NCBI GenBank assembly: GCA_963722845.1
Contig: CAVROL010000003.1
Location: forward strand, 357,733-421,732
Reading direction: 5' to 3'
Source: Terriglobia bacterium
GTDB lineage: Bacteria > Acidobacteriota > Terriglobia > Bryobacterales > Bryobacteraceae
DNA: 64,000 bases
Shown here: positions 18,158 to 28,615 of the stretch, piece after piece
Position numbering within the stretch: position 1 is the first letter of the stretch
Layout: each line of letters starts with the position of its first letter
The notes under the pieces: generated by a model
Database searches by the model: none
Told to the model about the DNA's origin: nothing
Seen by the model: the letters and a program-made list of their open reading frames with translations, nothing else
Position numbers and translations under genes: made by a program

Positions 18158-19325
18158 TTATACGCCGGCAATGCCGGTCACGCGCTCCCCGATCACCAGC
18201 GCGTGGATATGGTCGGTACCCTCATAGGTTTTGACCGTCTCTAAGTTGCACATGTGCCGCATGATCGGATACTCGTCCATGATTCCGTTGGCCCCCAGCA
18301 GATCGCGAGACTCGCGAGCGCAATCGAGGGCCATGGCCGCATTGTTCCGCTTGAGCATCGAGACATGCGCCGCATCCGCCTGCCCCTGATCTTTCAGCCT
18401 ACCCACGTGCAAAGCCAGTAATTGCGCCTTGGTGATCTCGGTGATCATGTCCGCCAGTTTCGCCTGCACCAGTTGGTGTGAAGCGATCGGCCGCCCGTCG
18501 AACTGCTTGCGCGACACGGAATAGGCTCGCGCGGTTTCATAACAATCCATGGCCGCGCCGATCACGCCCCATCCAATCCCGTAGCGCGCCTGCGTCAGGC
18601 AGCTGAGTGCCGACTTTTAGCCCCTTTGCTTCCGGCAGCATGGCAGTCGCTGGCAGGCGGCAGTCGTCCAGCTTCAGGCTCGCGGTCACCGACGCCCGCA
18701 TCGATAACTTTCCATGGATTTCTGACGCGCTGAATCCTGGTGTGCCGCGCTCCACCAGGAAACCGCGGATGCCGTCCTCGGCGCGGGCCCAGACCACCGC
18801 CACATCCGCCACCGAGCCATTTGTGATCCAGGTCTTCTCGCCCGAGAGAATCCAATCGCCGCCGTCGCGCTTGGCCCGCGTCAGCATCCCCGCGGGATTC
18901 GATCCGAACCCCGGCTCGGTCAGCCCGAAGCAGCCGATCGCGGCGCCGGATTGCAATCGCGGCAGCCAGCGCTGCTTCTGCTCCTCGCTGCCGAAGGTGA
19001 GGATCGGATACATCACCAGCGCGCCTTGCACGCTGACGAAGCTGCGCAGGCCGGAATCGCCGCGCTCCAGCTCCTGCATGATCAGCCCGTACTCGACGTT
19101 GCTCATGCCGGCGCAGCCGTAGCCTTCGAGGTTGGCGCCCAGGAATCCCAGGCTCGCCATTTCGGGGATCAGTTCTTTGGGAAACCGGGCGTCGCGAAAA
19201 CAGTCGCGAATCAGCGGAATCACCCGCTCGTCGACGAACCGCCGCGCGGTCTCGCGCACCAGCAGTTCCTGCTCACTGAACAGCGAATCGATCCGCAAAT
19301 AGTCGACGCCGGGGAAACGGGCCAT
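18158..19325 (-). CDS. Acyl-CoA dehydrogenase, glutaryl-CoA dehydrogenase-like; one frame break near 18612-18624
   Basis: Track ORFs 18537-19325 and 18158-18565 join as ...LPEAKGLK / [26 protein letters not shown].... The break lies in the T4/C4 runs at 18615-18624. Confidence 0.85.
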
Positions 19326-19369
19326 AGCAGGCTCATTTTACCCCGGCGTGTGACTCTGCCTGCTGACAG

Positions 19370-20218
19370 CTACTTTTTGTGGATCAGGATTCGCCCGTTG
19401 AACGTCGTGAACTGCATCTCCGGCCCGCCGCCGTTGATGGTGCCGGTCTGCGTCCCGTCTACTCGGACGCGGCGTCTGGGCCTGCCCTTGTTATCCTTTG
19501 CTTCCTCGACAACCGGCGGGGCGTTCGCTTCCATCTTCACGTCGAAGTCCGTAAAGATATCGCCGAAATCGGTCCGCATCTTGAAACGAGCCTTGGTATC
19601 GGCGGGCAGCGTCACGTCTACATCTCCATTGAAGGTGGAAAAGCTCATGCTCTTGTCCGGAGGCACCCTATTCAACGACACCGTGATTTTTCCGTTCATG
19701 GAGTGCGCCACAACCGAACCCGAGGCATTGGTAATGGTCACCTGACCGTTAAAATTCTCGGCTTCGATGTCGCCCGCGATGTTCTCGATGGTCATGTTCC
19801 CGCCGAACATGGTCTTCACATTCACAGAGGTCTGCGCCGGCACCTGGATGACCATATCGCGCGCGGTACCGCCGAAAATACCCTGGCTGTTCACCCGAAC
19901 GGTGTTGCTTTCTTCCGTGATATCCAGCCCGCGCGATCCGCCGATGCGATGCATGCCGTCCGGCGGCTCATTACGCCCGCTCCGGCCCCGGTTATTGGCA
20001 CCCGGAATTTCCCGGCCGGTGTATTCGATGAGTGCGTCCTGTCCCTCGTAGCCGCGGATGGTTACGCTCCCGGTCCCGCCCTCAACCACCAGTTTCCGCG
20101 GCATGGACGGGTCGCGGAACGGCATGGTGATCTGCTGCCGTCCTTCTTGCGCGCCGAGCTGCGCTGCAGCGAGCGCGGCAAGCCCCATCCCCATCAGCAA
20201 TCTGCGAATCATGTTCAT
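19370..20218 (-). CDS. DUF4097-type putative adhesin/beta-helix protein, secreted
   Basis: C-terminal part of track ORF 19370-20746, starting at MNMIRRLLMGMGLAALAAAQLGA. Repetitive beta-strand text is present (GSVTIRG, VNVKTMFGGNMTIENIAGDIEAENFNGQVTITNASGSVVAHSMNGKITVS). Its ATG overlaps the anti-sigma stop (ATGA at 20215-20218). Confidence 0.7.
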   Translation of the reverse strand: MNMIRRLLMGMGLAALAAAQLGAQEGRQQITMPFRDPSMPRKLVVEGGTGSVTIRGYEGQDALIEYTGREIPGANNRGRSGRNEPPDGMHRIGGSRGLDITEESNTVRVNSQGIFGGTARDMVIQVPAQTSVNVKTMFGGNMTIENIAGDIEAENFNGQVTITNASGSVVAHSMNGKITVSLNRVPPDKSMSFSTFNGDVDVTLPADTKARFKMRTDFGDIFTDFDVKMEANAPPVVEEAKDNKGRPRRRVRVDGTQTGTINGGGPEMQFTTFNGRILIHKK

Positions 20219-20988
20219 TGCATCCTTTCCAGAGCCCATTCGGCGCGCTTCCGAACCCCCGAATCGATGTCGGGATCGGAAACCAGCCGGCGCAACTCCG
20301 GCGCCGCATTTCTTTCTTTCAATTCCGCCAGAAAATCGATCAGCGCGACCTGCACAATCGGAGTGGTTTGCCTCGGCAGCGCCTGGACCACCGCGTTTCT
20401 CGCCATCAGATGCGTCGCCGGGCTCCCCGTAAAGGGACGCAGCGCATCCACCGCCGCCAGCCGCACGTTCACGTTCGGATCGTGATTGACCGTGGTCACC
20501 AGCGCGTTCATGAACCTCTTCGTCCGAAGGCTCCACCTGATACGACCAGCTCACGCCTCTCAACCGGTCGCTCGCCGATTGCTGCTGCAACAATGACAAC
20601 GCCACCAACTGCCGCATACTCGCTACCTCCTCCCTGAGCTGCACCAACTCAGGGCGCGATCTGTCGTCGCGCACTCCGTATCCGATCCCTAGTCCCACCG
20701 CCAACAACGCGGCCGCAGCCGCTATTTGCCACCGTATCGGCAGCAAATGCGCGGATTTCCGGGCTCCCGGCCGACGCCAGCCCGTGCCGATAGGCCCCCA
20801 GCATTTCGTAAAACCGCTCGCGAACTTTGCCGCTCGGCTCCTCCAACGGCAACAGATCCAGACTCTGCCACAGCGCGCCGATGCGGGATAATTCGCTCCG
20901 GCACGTCTCGCAGGAAGCGAGATGCGCCGTTAAATCCTGGCTCTCGCCCTCATCCGAGCATTTGGACCCTCGCTTGTTCGCAGGTCAT
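20215..20988 (-). pseudogene. Anti-sigma factor (zf-HC2, TM helix, HEAT repeats), interrupted by about 3 frame breaks
   Basis: Pieces lie in three frames: MTCEQARVQMLG / SDEGESQDLTAHLASCETCRSELSRIGALWQSL...PEIRAFAAD / LPIRWQIAAAAALLAVGLGIGYGV...SASDRLRGVSWSYQVEPSDEEV / MNALVTTVNHDPNVNVRLAAVDALRPF...SGVRKRAEWALERMQ*. The Hx3Cx2C motif is present. Its ATG overlaps the sigma-factor stop. Confidence 0.7.
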
Positions 20989-21566
20989 GACACTTTTTCC
21001 CTCTCCAGAGCGAAATAAATTTGCTCCAGGGCGCGGATCGCCCGATACACGCGCACTTTCACGGTTCCTACTTCGCAGCCCAGCACTTCCGCGATATCTT
21101 CATGCTTCATTCCCTGGAACCGGCTCAGCACCAGGATTTCGCGCTTGTCTTCGGGCAGCTGCCCCATGGCGCGGCGCAACAGCGCCAGATCCTGGCCGCG
21201 CGAAGCGCTTTCTTCCGGCCCCGGCGACGATGACACCAGCTCCGCGCGCCGATCTACAAACGTATCGATATCCACCACCTGTGCCGAGCCTCGCTTCCTC
21301 GCCTGATCCACTCCCGCGTTTCGCGCGATCTGATACATCCACGCCGTGAACGATTGCGCCGGATCGTAACTGGTCCGGTAGCGCAGCATGCGGAAGAAGA
21401 CTTCCTGCACCAGATCCTCGGCCTGCTCCCGGTCGCCGTTCATCGAAACGAAGTAGCGGAATAACGCCCGGTGGTAGCGCTCGAACAGGATGGCGAGCCG
21501 AGCCACCTGGCCCCCGCTCACCTGGGCCATCACTACGCTGTCCCTTGTGTTCACAAGTGTGTTCAC
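20985..21566 (-). CDS. ECF-type RNA polymerase sigma-70 family factor
   Basis: 193-aa track ORF with region 2 (AEDLVQEVFFRMLRY...FTAWMYQIARN) and region 4 (REILVLSRFQGMKHEDIAEVLGCEVGTVKVRVYRAIRALE). Confidence 0.9.
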   Translation of the reverse strand: MNTLVNTRDSVVMAQVSGGQVARLAILFERYHRALFRYFVSMNGDREQAEDLVQEVFFRMLRYRTSYDPAQSFTAWMYQIARNAGVDQARKRGSAQVVDIDTFVDRRAELVSSSPGPEESASRGQDLALLRRAMGQLPEDKREILVLSRFQGMKHEDIAEVLGCEVGTVKVRVYRAIRALEQIYFALEREKVS

Positions 21567-21644
21567 GTTTACATACGAGAATACTCGCGACGCCGGGAAA
21601 GGTTACGCGTCACAAAAGGTACTTGCTACTATTAACCGACAAGC

Positions 21645-22611
21645 ATGATTTTCTGGGCTCTGCCGCTATTCTGGCTGGCCTGCGCGACGGCGGGATATTT
21701 CTATGGCCTGCAACGGGGCATCCCCAATTCCGTGGTGCTGGCCGCTCTTCCGGCATTTCTGCTGGAAGCGACGCTGTTCCTGACCCTGGGGGTCGAAACC
21801 TGGCGGAAGAAGCTTGAGAAACTGCGGCCCGCGGGCGTGGCCGCGCTCCTGGTTTTGGCGGCGATTGCCCCCTACTGCGCTGCGTCGCTAGCCTTCGGAT
21901 CGTTTCGGTGGCAATCCCTGGCGGGGATCGCCCTGCTGTCCGGGCTGGTCTCTTTCTGGTACGTCGTGCTGCCCGCAAAAGCCTGCTGCGGACCTGCTGC
22001 TGCTCGCGCTGATGGCGGCGGTGGTCCTGGCCAAGGTGTTCGCGACCCTATACGTCCGTCCCGACCCCCGCCTGCCGCTCGAGGCCCTGGGACAGGCCAT
22101 GTGGATCCGTACCGGCGCTTTCGCCCTGCTGAGCGTCCGCCGCGTGCAAGGCGTCGGCTTTGGATTCTGGCCTTCGGCTCGCGAATGGAAGATCGGCGCG
22201 CTTTTTTTCCTGATGATGCTGCCGGTGGTGGCCGCGCTGGCCTGGTGGATCGGATGGGGCAAGTTCCACCCGCCGACGACGTCCTGGATCAAAACCCCGG
22301 TGATCGCCGTGTTCTATTTTTTCGGCGGGATGTGGGTTCTGTCGCTGGGCGAGGAGTTCTTCTTCCGCGGATTGCTGCAACAGTGGATGACCGGTTGGCT
22401 GCGCAACGAATGGGCCGGCCTGATCGTCACCTCGCTGCTATTTGGAGCGGTGCACCTGCCGTATCAATTGTTCCCCAACTGGCGTTTCGCGCTGCTCGCG
22501 GCGGTGGCCGGGATCTTCTATGGTTTGGCGTTTCGCCAGGCCAGCAGTATCCGCGCTTCGATGGTGACCCACGCCCTCACGTTCACTACTCTGCGGGTTT
22601 TCTTCTCTTAA
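21645..22611 (+). CDS. CPBP-family (CAAX) intramembrane metalloprotease; one frame break in the A4 run at 21977-21980
   Basis: Track ORFs 21645-22622 and 22012-22611 join as ...SFWYVVLPAK / PAADLLLLALMAAVVLAKVF.... The motifs EEFFFRG and LLFGAVH are present. Confidence 0.8.
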
Positions 22612-23334
22612 CGCGTAAGTAAGACGACGCCTCGCCCTTGCAGTTCACGGCGGCCCCCCTCCGCGTGCCAGGTCTCGCCCGCATTGGCCCGCTGGCCGTC
22701 GATTTTCAGAGTCTCCTTCGAGCACTACGATCATGCTGGCCTTGCACGATACCTTTCCATTCAAGAGAAGTTTCTCCGTTGTGAAGAATGGACAAGAAAC
22801 CAGCACGCCTTCGCGAGCGCTTTGCCGCGCGGGATGCGGACCGAGCCGGCTCACGCGCGCGCCCTCGTCGAGATGCAGCTCGCGCGGGCGGCCGTAGTCG
22901 AACAGCCGGTACGTCACGTCGGACCACTGCTGGATTTCGCACAGGGTCAGCCCCGCGCCGATAGCATGCACCGTTCCAGCGGGAATAAAGAACGTGTCGC
23001 CGGGGCGGGCTTCAAACCATTGCAGTAACTCTTCGATTTCCCCCGACAGCGCCGAGGCTCGTAACTGTTCCTCGGAGATCGGTTCGCGAAAGCCAGCAGC
23101 GATTTTCGCCCCCGGCTCGGCCGCCAGGATGTGCCACATCTCCGTCTTGCCTTCGGGATGCACCTGCACTGACAAAGGTTCTGTGGTGAACAGAAACTTG
23201 ATGAGCAGCGGGAGATCCGGCAGCCCCTCGAACCACACTTCGCCGATCTTTTCCTCGCTATTCGCGAACAAGGGCTCCAAACGTTTCGAGCCCCAGACCT
23301 TGGGTACGAAGCGCGGAGTCAGCCGCGTCAGCAT
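22608..23334 (-). CDS. Type I mannose-6-phosphate isomerase-like cupin; one frame break near 22720
   Basis: Track ORF 22645-23334 reads ...KVWGSKRLEP...LSVQVHP...FIPAGTVHAIG.... Shifting frame after ...MIVVLEG gives ETLKIDGQRANAGETWHAEGGRRELQGRGVVLLTR*, with a stop at 22608-22610. Confidence 0.7.
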
Positions 23335-23397
23335 CGAATCGCGGGCGAGGCATGCCTCGCCCCTACGCTTAACGCGCCACGGCTTGTCGACGCAGAC

Positions 23398-24583
23398 TTA
23401 TACACGGGCCTTAATGAACCGCTCGATACGATCCAGCCCGCGCTCCAGTTCCTTCATCGAAGTCGCGTAAGACAGGCGAATATGTTCGGCCGTCCCGAAC
23501 GCTTCGCCCGGAACAACCGCCACGTGCTCTTCCGCCAGCAGCTTTTCGGAAAAGCCCAGGGAGTCCGTAATGCCGTTGCGGAACGCCGCGCTTACATTGG
23601 GATATGCGTAAAATGCGCCGCGAGGCTCCTGCGCCTTCACGCCCGGTATCTTGCGCAGCCGGTCAATCACGTAGTCCCGGCGCCGCCGATACTCGGCCAG
23701 CATGATGCCCACCGATTCCTGCGGTCCGTTCAGCGCTTCGATCGCCGCTTTCTGCGTGATCGAAGTTGGATTCGATGTCGTATGGCTCTGCAGTTTGTTG
23801 ATGCCCGCCACTACCTGCCGCGGGACCCAGCACGAATCCCATGCGCCAGCCGGTCATCGCATACGTCTTCGAGAGCGATCCGGCCACGACCACCGTCTCT
23901 TTGGCATCCGGCAAAGAAGCCAGCGAGAACAGTTCGCTGTCGTAGAGGAACCGTTCGTAGCACTCGTCGGTCATGATCCAGATGCCGCGATCTTTGGCGA
24001 TCCGGAAAATCTTCTCCATCTCCGACCGTTCATACACCGCGCCGCTGGGATTGCAGGGCGAATTGAGGATGATCATCCGCGTCTTGGGCGTTAAATGACG
24101 CTCCACCTGCGCGGCGGAGAGAACGAAGCCTTCCTGCTCGTCCGTGTCCACGAAAACGCACTTGCCCGCGGCGAAATTGACCACATCCTTGTAGGTCACC
24201 CAGTAAGGGACCGGGATGATCACTTCATCGCCCGGATCGATCAGCGCCTGCACCAGGTTGAAGATCGCGTGCTTGCCGCCGATGCAGCCGATGCACTCTT
24301 TCGGTGAATACGACGTGCCGTAACTGCGCTTGTGATGATCGCAGATAGCCTGTTTGAGCTCGACGGTGCCGCTTACCGGCGTGTACTTGGTGAAGTTCTT
24401 ATTCAGCGCGTCGATGGCCGCGTTCTTGATGTTGTCGGGGGTCGGGAAATCCGGCTCGCCCGCGCTGAAATCGACGACGTCCACACCCTCGCGCCGCTGG
24501 CGATCCGCCTCGGCAGCCACCTTCATGGTGGACGACTCACTGATCCACGAAATTCTTTCGGCTAGTTCCTGCACTGTCGGCAT
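23398..24583 (-). CDS. Class I/II PLP-dependent aminotransferase (aspartate aminotransferase-like); one frame break near 23815
   Basis: Track ORFs 23663-24601 and 23398-23811 join at ...GSLSKTYAMTGWRMGF / ...AGINKLQSHTTSNPTSITQKAA. The SxSK PLP-lysine motif is present. Start taken at MPTVQELAERI. Confidence 0.85.
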
Positions 24584-24605
24584 CACTCCTCCACTCCACA
24601 TTCTC

Positions 24606-24680
24606 GGGGACTGCCTCCGATTTCGATGAACGAATTCAGACTGGTCCGAACTGTCTCGCCGAAATCGGCTGGCTGTCCCC
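24606..24680 (-). terminator. Long hairpin directly after the coaD stop, GGGGAC(A/T)GCC-type stem
   Basis: GGGGACTGCCTCCGATTTCG (24606-24625) is the near-perfect inverted complement of CGAAATCGGCTGGCTGTCCCC (24660-24680). The spacer is 34 nt. Confidence 0.5.
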
Positions 24681-25174
24681 TACTTTCCAGCTGCAATTCT
24701 CTTTGTCAGTCGCTGTTCTACCAGCGGCGGCACCACATCGCTCACATTCCCTCCCAGCGCCGCCACTTCCTTCACCAGGTGCGAGCTGATGAAGGAATAC
24801 TCTTCGCCCGCCATCAGGAACACGGTCTCGATCTCCGGCTTCAGCCGCCGGTTCATCAATGCCATCTCCCATTCCAGTTCGTAGTCGGAGACAGCCCGCA
24901 TGCCGCGCACGATCATGGTGGCCCCGCGCGATGCTGCAAAATCCACCAGCAGTCCCTCGAATGCCGCGATCTCCACGTTCGGGTACGGCTTCACAACCTC
25001 CGCGATCATTTCCAGGCGTTCATCCACGCTAAACAATGGATGCTTGGCCTGGTTGCGAAGCACCGCGACAATTAAACTTTCCGCCATGCGGCTGCCCCGG
25101 GCAATTAAATCCAGGTGCCCATTGGTGATGGGGTCAAACGACCCGGGATAGATAGCGACAACGCTGGATGGCAA
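24680..25174 (-). CDS. coaD: Phosphopantetheine adenylyltransferase
   Basis: The 164-aa track ORF begins VAIYPGSFDPITNGHLDLIARG. Further canonical CoaD text is MIVRGMRAVSDYELEWEMALMNRRL and FISSHLVKEVAALGG. Confidence 0.92.
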   Translation of the reverse strand: MPSSVVAIYPGSFDPITNGHLDLIARGSRMAESLIVAVLRNQAKHPLFSVDERLEMIAEVVKPYPNVEIAAFEGLLVDFAASRGATMIVRGMRAVSDYELEWEMALMNRRLKPEIETVFLMAGEEYSFISSHLVKEVAALGGNVSDVVPPLVEQRLTKRIAAGK

Positions 25175-25192
25175 AGACTGATTTTATCGTAC

Positions 25193-25942
25193 TCAGGCCA
25201 CCTGGTCCATCGCCAGAAACTCCTTGATGTGCGGATGTTCGGATTTCTCCAGCTCCGCCACCGGTCCGAAGAAAATCGCCCGGCCTTCAAACAGCACCAC
25301 CACCTTGTCCGCGACCCGCCGCATCAGATCCAGATCGTGAGTGACCACAACCGCCGTCAGCCGAAGCTGATTCTTCAGACGGAGCATCAAGCCGATCAGG
25401 TGGTCGCTCATGATCGGATCCACCATCGTGGTGGGCTCGTCGTAGAGGATACATTCCGGCTGCGCGGCGAGCGCTCTGGCGATCGCGACAGCGCGTTTGT
25501 GCCCGGTGGAAAGGTCGGTCGGGTAGATGTTCTCGGCGTCTCCCAGGTCCACTAAGTTCAGCAGGCCCCGCACCACATCTTCCTTGTTTTGCTCGTTGTA
25601 ATCGTCCCGAGTCTCTAGAGAAAACAGGATGTTCTCCCCCACCGTAAGCGAATCGAACAGCGCCCCGGATTGAAACACCATGGTGACTTTCTTGCGTATC
25701 CGCCGAAGTTCGGATTCGGGCATATCCGTGATGTCGGCATAGGAAACGAACACGCGGCCCTGATCCGGCTTCAAAAAACCCATTATGTGCCCCAGGCTCA
25801 CCGACTTACCGACGCCGCTCCGCCCGATAATAGCGAGCGTCTCACCGGCATCCACATGAAAGGTCACATCGACTAAAACCGGCTTATCGAACGTCTTATA
25901 GACGTCGACGAACTCGATGTAATGCGAAGAGGTCTCGCTCAT
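25193..25942 (-). CDS. ABC transporter ATP-binding protein (MlaF/Ttg2A-like)
   Basis: Inner part of track ORF 25193-26008, starting at MSETSSHYIEF. It has Walker A GRSGVGKS, signature LSTGHKRAVAIARAL and Walker B ILYDEPT. Its start overlaps the mobA stop (ATGA). Confidence 0.85.
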   Translation of the reverse strand: MSETSSHYIEFVDVYKTFDKPVLVDVTFHVDAGETLAIIGRSGVGKSVSLGHIMGFLKPDQGRVFVSYADITDMPESELRRIRKKVTMVFQSGALFDSLTVGENILFSLETRDDYNEQNKEDVVRGLLNLVDLGDAENIYPTDLSTGHKRAVAIARALAAQPECILYDEPTTMVDPIMSDHLIGLMLRLKNQLRLTAVVVTHDLDLMRRVADKVVVLFEGRAIFFGPVAELEKSEHPHIKEFLAMDQVA

Positions 25943-26511
25943 CGTGTTTCCGAAAGCTCCTGTGGAGTGTTGAGGTTGCGGAAGACCTCCGGGTCCGGGG
26001 CGGGCCACAGGCGGGTTTGAATGATGGAGACGAAGTCATGCATTTTGAGGAGCTTGGAATGAATCGCGGATTCGACAGCCGGCAGCAGCCGGGCGTGATA
26101 CACGGCGCACAATGGTTCCAGTCCGCCGGCGGTTTCAGGGACCAGCGCGTCACAACCGGACCCTTCGGCGGCCTCCAGCAATTGCTCGATCAACTTGCTG
26201 GTAATCGCAGGCATGTCGCAGGCGACCAGGACGTTCCACTCGGCGGAGGTGGCGCTCAGTGCCGCATGCAGGCCTCCCAAAGGTCCGCAACCCTCGATTT
26301 TGTCGGGAATTACGGGGAACCCGAGCTGTCCGTATCTCTGCGGCGATCCGATCAAGGTCACGTTCCCGGCCGCGTTGAAAACCTCGCCGGCGACCGATTG
26401 AATCAGAGTGGACCCGTTCCAGGGCAACAGCGCTTTATCCTGTCCCATCCGGGAGCTGCGGCCGCCGGCCAGCACAAAACCGGCTCTGGTGCCGCGCCTG
26501 GGGCTTGCCAT
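25939..26511 (-). CDS. mobA: Molybdenum cofactor guanylyltransferase
   Basis: Inner part of track ORF 25939-26811, starting at MASPRRGTRAGFVLAGGRSSRMGQDKALL (LAGGxxxRMG motif). It also has ...GPLGGLHAAL...VLVACDMP. Confidence 0.85.
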   Translation of the reverse strand: MASPRRGTRAGFVLAGGRSSRMGQDKALLPWNGSTLIQSVAGEVFNAAGNVTLIGSPQRYGQLGFPVIPDKIEGCGPLGGLHAALSATSAEWNVLVACDMPAITSKLIEQLLEAAEGSGCDALVPETAGGLEPLCAVYHARLLPAVESAIHSKLLKMHDFVSIIQTRLWPAPDPEVFRNLNTPQELSETR

Positions 26512-26538
26512 GAGATGATGGTAGCAATCGCAGCTAGC

Positions 26539-27249
26539 ATGTTGACAAACAAAAAGGTGTATATTTGTTTCATATCGGTGCTTGCCATGCTGGCCGCCTC
26601 CCCCTACAAGCTGGCCGCTGCGGATTCGACATCGCAGAAGGCCTTGATCGTTCGCGCCGACCGCCGCACTGGAAAACTGGTACGCAGCGTGGTTCCGGTG
26701 AAGGGACCCGCCACGGACGCACTCACAACCCGCCAGGAACCGGCGATCGATATTTCCGGAATGGTAGAGAAGGCCGCGCGCGATAACAACGTCGATCCCC
26801 TTCTGGTGCATTCCATCATTCGGGTGGAGAGCAACTATAACCCCTACGCTGTTTCGCCCAAGGGCGCGCAGGGCCTGATGCAGCTGATGCCGCCCACGGC
26901 GCGCGACCTGGGCGTGAGCGACAGTTTCGATCCGCGCCAGAACATCGAGGCCGGAGTACGCTATCTTAAGTATTTACAGGACCTGTACAAGGACGATCGC
27001 CTGGCACTGGCGGCTTATAACGCCGGGCCGGGCGCTGTGCAGAAGTACAAATGGATTCCGCCGTATCCGGAGACACAGGATTACGTAAACCGGGTCGGCG
27101 AGCAGTACGGAGCAGCGAAAAAGGCAGCCGCGCAGCACTTGGCGGAGCCTGCCGCTCCGCCAGTTGGGGTGACGGAGGAAACACGCCCAAAACTGGAGCC
27201 GTTTGTCGATGCCGAAGGCAGGTTGCATCTCAGGACCACGCAGCAGTAA
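26539..27249 (+). CDS. Lytic transglycosylase (SLT domain), secreted
   Basis: Inner part of track ORF 26017-27249, starting at MLTNKKVYICFISVLAMLAAS. The SLT core is VHSIIRVESNYNPYAVSPKGAQGLMQLMPPTA...AYNAGPGAV. Confidence 0.85.
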   Translation: MLTNKKVYICFISVLAMLAASPYKLAAADSTSQKALIVRADRRTGKLVRSVVPVKGPATDALTTRQEPAIDISGMVEKAARDNNVDPLLVHSIIRVESNYNPYAVSPKGAQGLMQLMPPTARDLGVSDSFDPRQNIEAGVRYLKYLQDLYKDDRLALAAYNAGPGAVQKYKWIPPYPETQDYVNRVGEQYGAAKKAAAQHLAEPAAPPVGVTEETRPKLEPFVDAEGRLHLRTTQQ

Positions 27250-27253
27250 CCGG

Positions 27254-28564
27254 TTGCGCGCGATCCTTTTTATCGTTCTGGCGGTCGCGCCCGTGGTGTG
27301 TTTGGGGCAAGCCCCGAACAAGGTCACCGCGGTCCGCTTCTGGTCCACTGGAGACTCCACGCGCATCGCTGTGGAGGTTTCCGGCGAATTCAAATACAAG
27401 TTCGACAACCTGGAGACTCCGCCGCGTCTGTTCTTTGACGTGCAAGGGTCCCGCCCATCCATGGCGCAAAAGACCATCGCCGTGGGCGACCACCTGCTCA
27501 AGCAGATCCGCATAGCGGAGACTCAGCCGGGGACCACGCGGATCGTGCTCGATCTCGAGCAGGCGGCCGATTTCACCGCTTCCCAACTGTCCAATCCCGA
27601 GCGGCTCATGGTGGAGCTGCACGCCAAGGGCACGAAGGCCGCGGCTTCGACGCAGCCAGCCGTCGCGGATCCACCACAAACCCCCAAGGCTCCTGCGGAG
27701 GTTTCCGTCGCCGCGAAGACTTTGCCCACTCCGGCGCTGCTCACCCCGGTAAGCCGTCCGGTCGCAGGACCACCGGCGGTGACGGCTCCCCGAAAGCCCG
27801 ATCTGCCGGAGCCGAAGCCTGCAGCCCGTAATTCCAACGGGGACCGGTCCCTGACGCGCGCGTTGGGCTTGAAGTTGGGACGCGTCGTGCTCGACCCCGG
27901 GCACGGCGGCCACGACGTCGGCACGCATGGGCCTTCCGGTCTGTATGAAAAGGATCTGGTGCTGGACGTGTCGCAGCGGCTGGCGGCCCTCCTTGAGGAC
28001 CGGTTAGGTACCGAGGTCTTGCTCACCCGCGCTGACGACACCTACGTTCCGCTCGAGGGCCGGACCAAAATCGCCAACGATGCCAAGGCGGATCTGTTCC
28101 TTTCGATTCACGCTAACTCTTCGCCCGTGAAATCGGTAACCGGCGTCGAAACCTACTATCTGAACTTCACGACATCCCGAGGCGCGCTGGACCTGGCGGC
28201 GCGCGAGAACGCGACAGCCGAGAGTTCTATTTTCGACTTGAAGGACGTGCTGGAAAAGATCGCCTTAAAAGACAAGATCGATGAATCGCGCGAGTTCGCT
28301 TCGCGCCTGCAAACGTCGTTATTTACCTTGACCAAGTCGACCACGCCGGCCAAAAATCGCGGCATCAAGAAAGCTCCCTTCGTGGTGCTGATCGGCGCGC
28401 AGATGCCGAGCGTTTTGGCGGAAATCGGGTTTCTGACGAACGCCACCGATGAAGCGCTGATGCGCAAAACGGAGCACCGGCAGAAGATCGCCGAGGCGCT
28501 GTATAAGGGTATCGCCGCCTACGCGGACTCGCTCAGCCAGCTCCAGGTCGCCAAACGCGAATAG
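27254..28564 (+). CDS. N-acetylmuramoyl-L-alanine amidase (AmiC-like: AMIN domain plus Amidase_3)
   Basis: Track ORF 27203-28564. The probable start is TTG 27254 (LRAILFIVLAVAPVVCLGQ). AMIN text is VTAVRFWSTGDSTRIAVEVSG...LFFDVQG. Amidase text is VLDPGHGGHDVGT...FLSIHANS...FVVL...PSVLAEIGFLTN. Confidence 0.85.
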   Translation: MRAILFIVLAVAPVVCLGQAPNKVTAVRFWSTGDSTRIAVEVSGEFKYKFDNLETPPRLFFDVQGSRPSMAQKTIAVGDHLLKQIRIAETQPGTTRIVLDLEQAADFTASQLSNPERLMVELHAKGTKAAASTQPAVADPPQTPKAPAEVSVAAKTLPTPALLTPVSRPVAGPPAVTAPRKPDLPEPKPAARNSNGDRSLTRALGLKLGRVVLDPGHGGHDVGTHGPSGLYEKDLVLDVSQRLAALLEDRLGTEVLLTRADDTYVPLEGRTKIANDAKADLFLSIHANSSPVKSVTGVETYYLNFTTSRGALDLAARENATAESSIFDLKDVLEKIALKDKIDESREFASRLQTSLFTLTKSTTPAKNRGIKKAPFVVLIGAQMPSVLAEIGFLTNATDEALMRKTEHRQKIAEALYKGIAAYADSLSQLQVAKRE

Positions 28565-28615
28565 CGCGAAACATTCTCTTTCAGCAGGTATCTCCGGTCG
28601 AGGAGACTTTCTTCC

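Noticed and set aside
21567-21644. A possible ECF-type autoregulated promoter (AAC ... CGT) upstream of the sigma-factor gene.
   Set aside because: The AAC-to-CGT spacings I could find (9 or 24 nt) do not fit the usual 16-17 nt.
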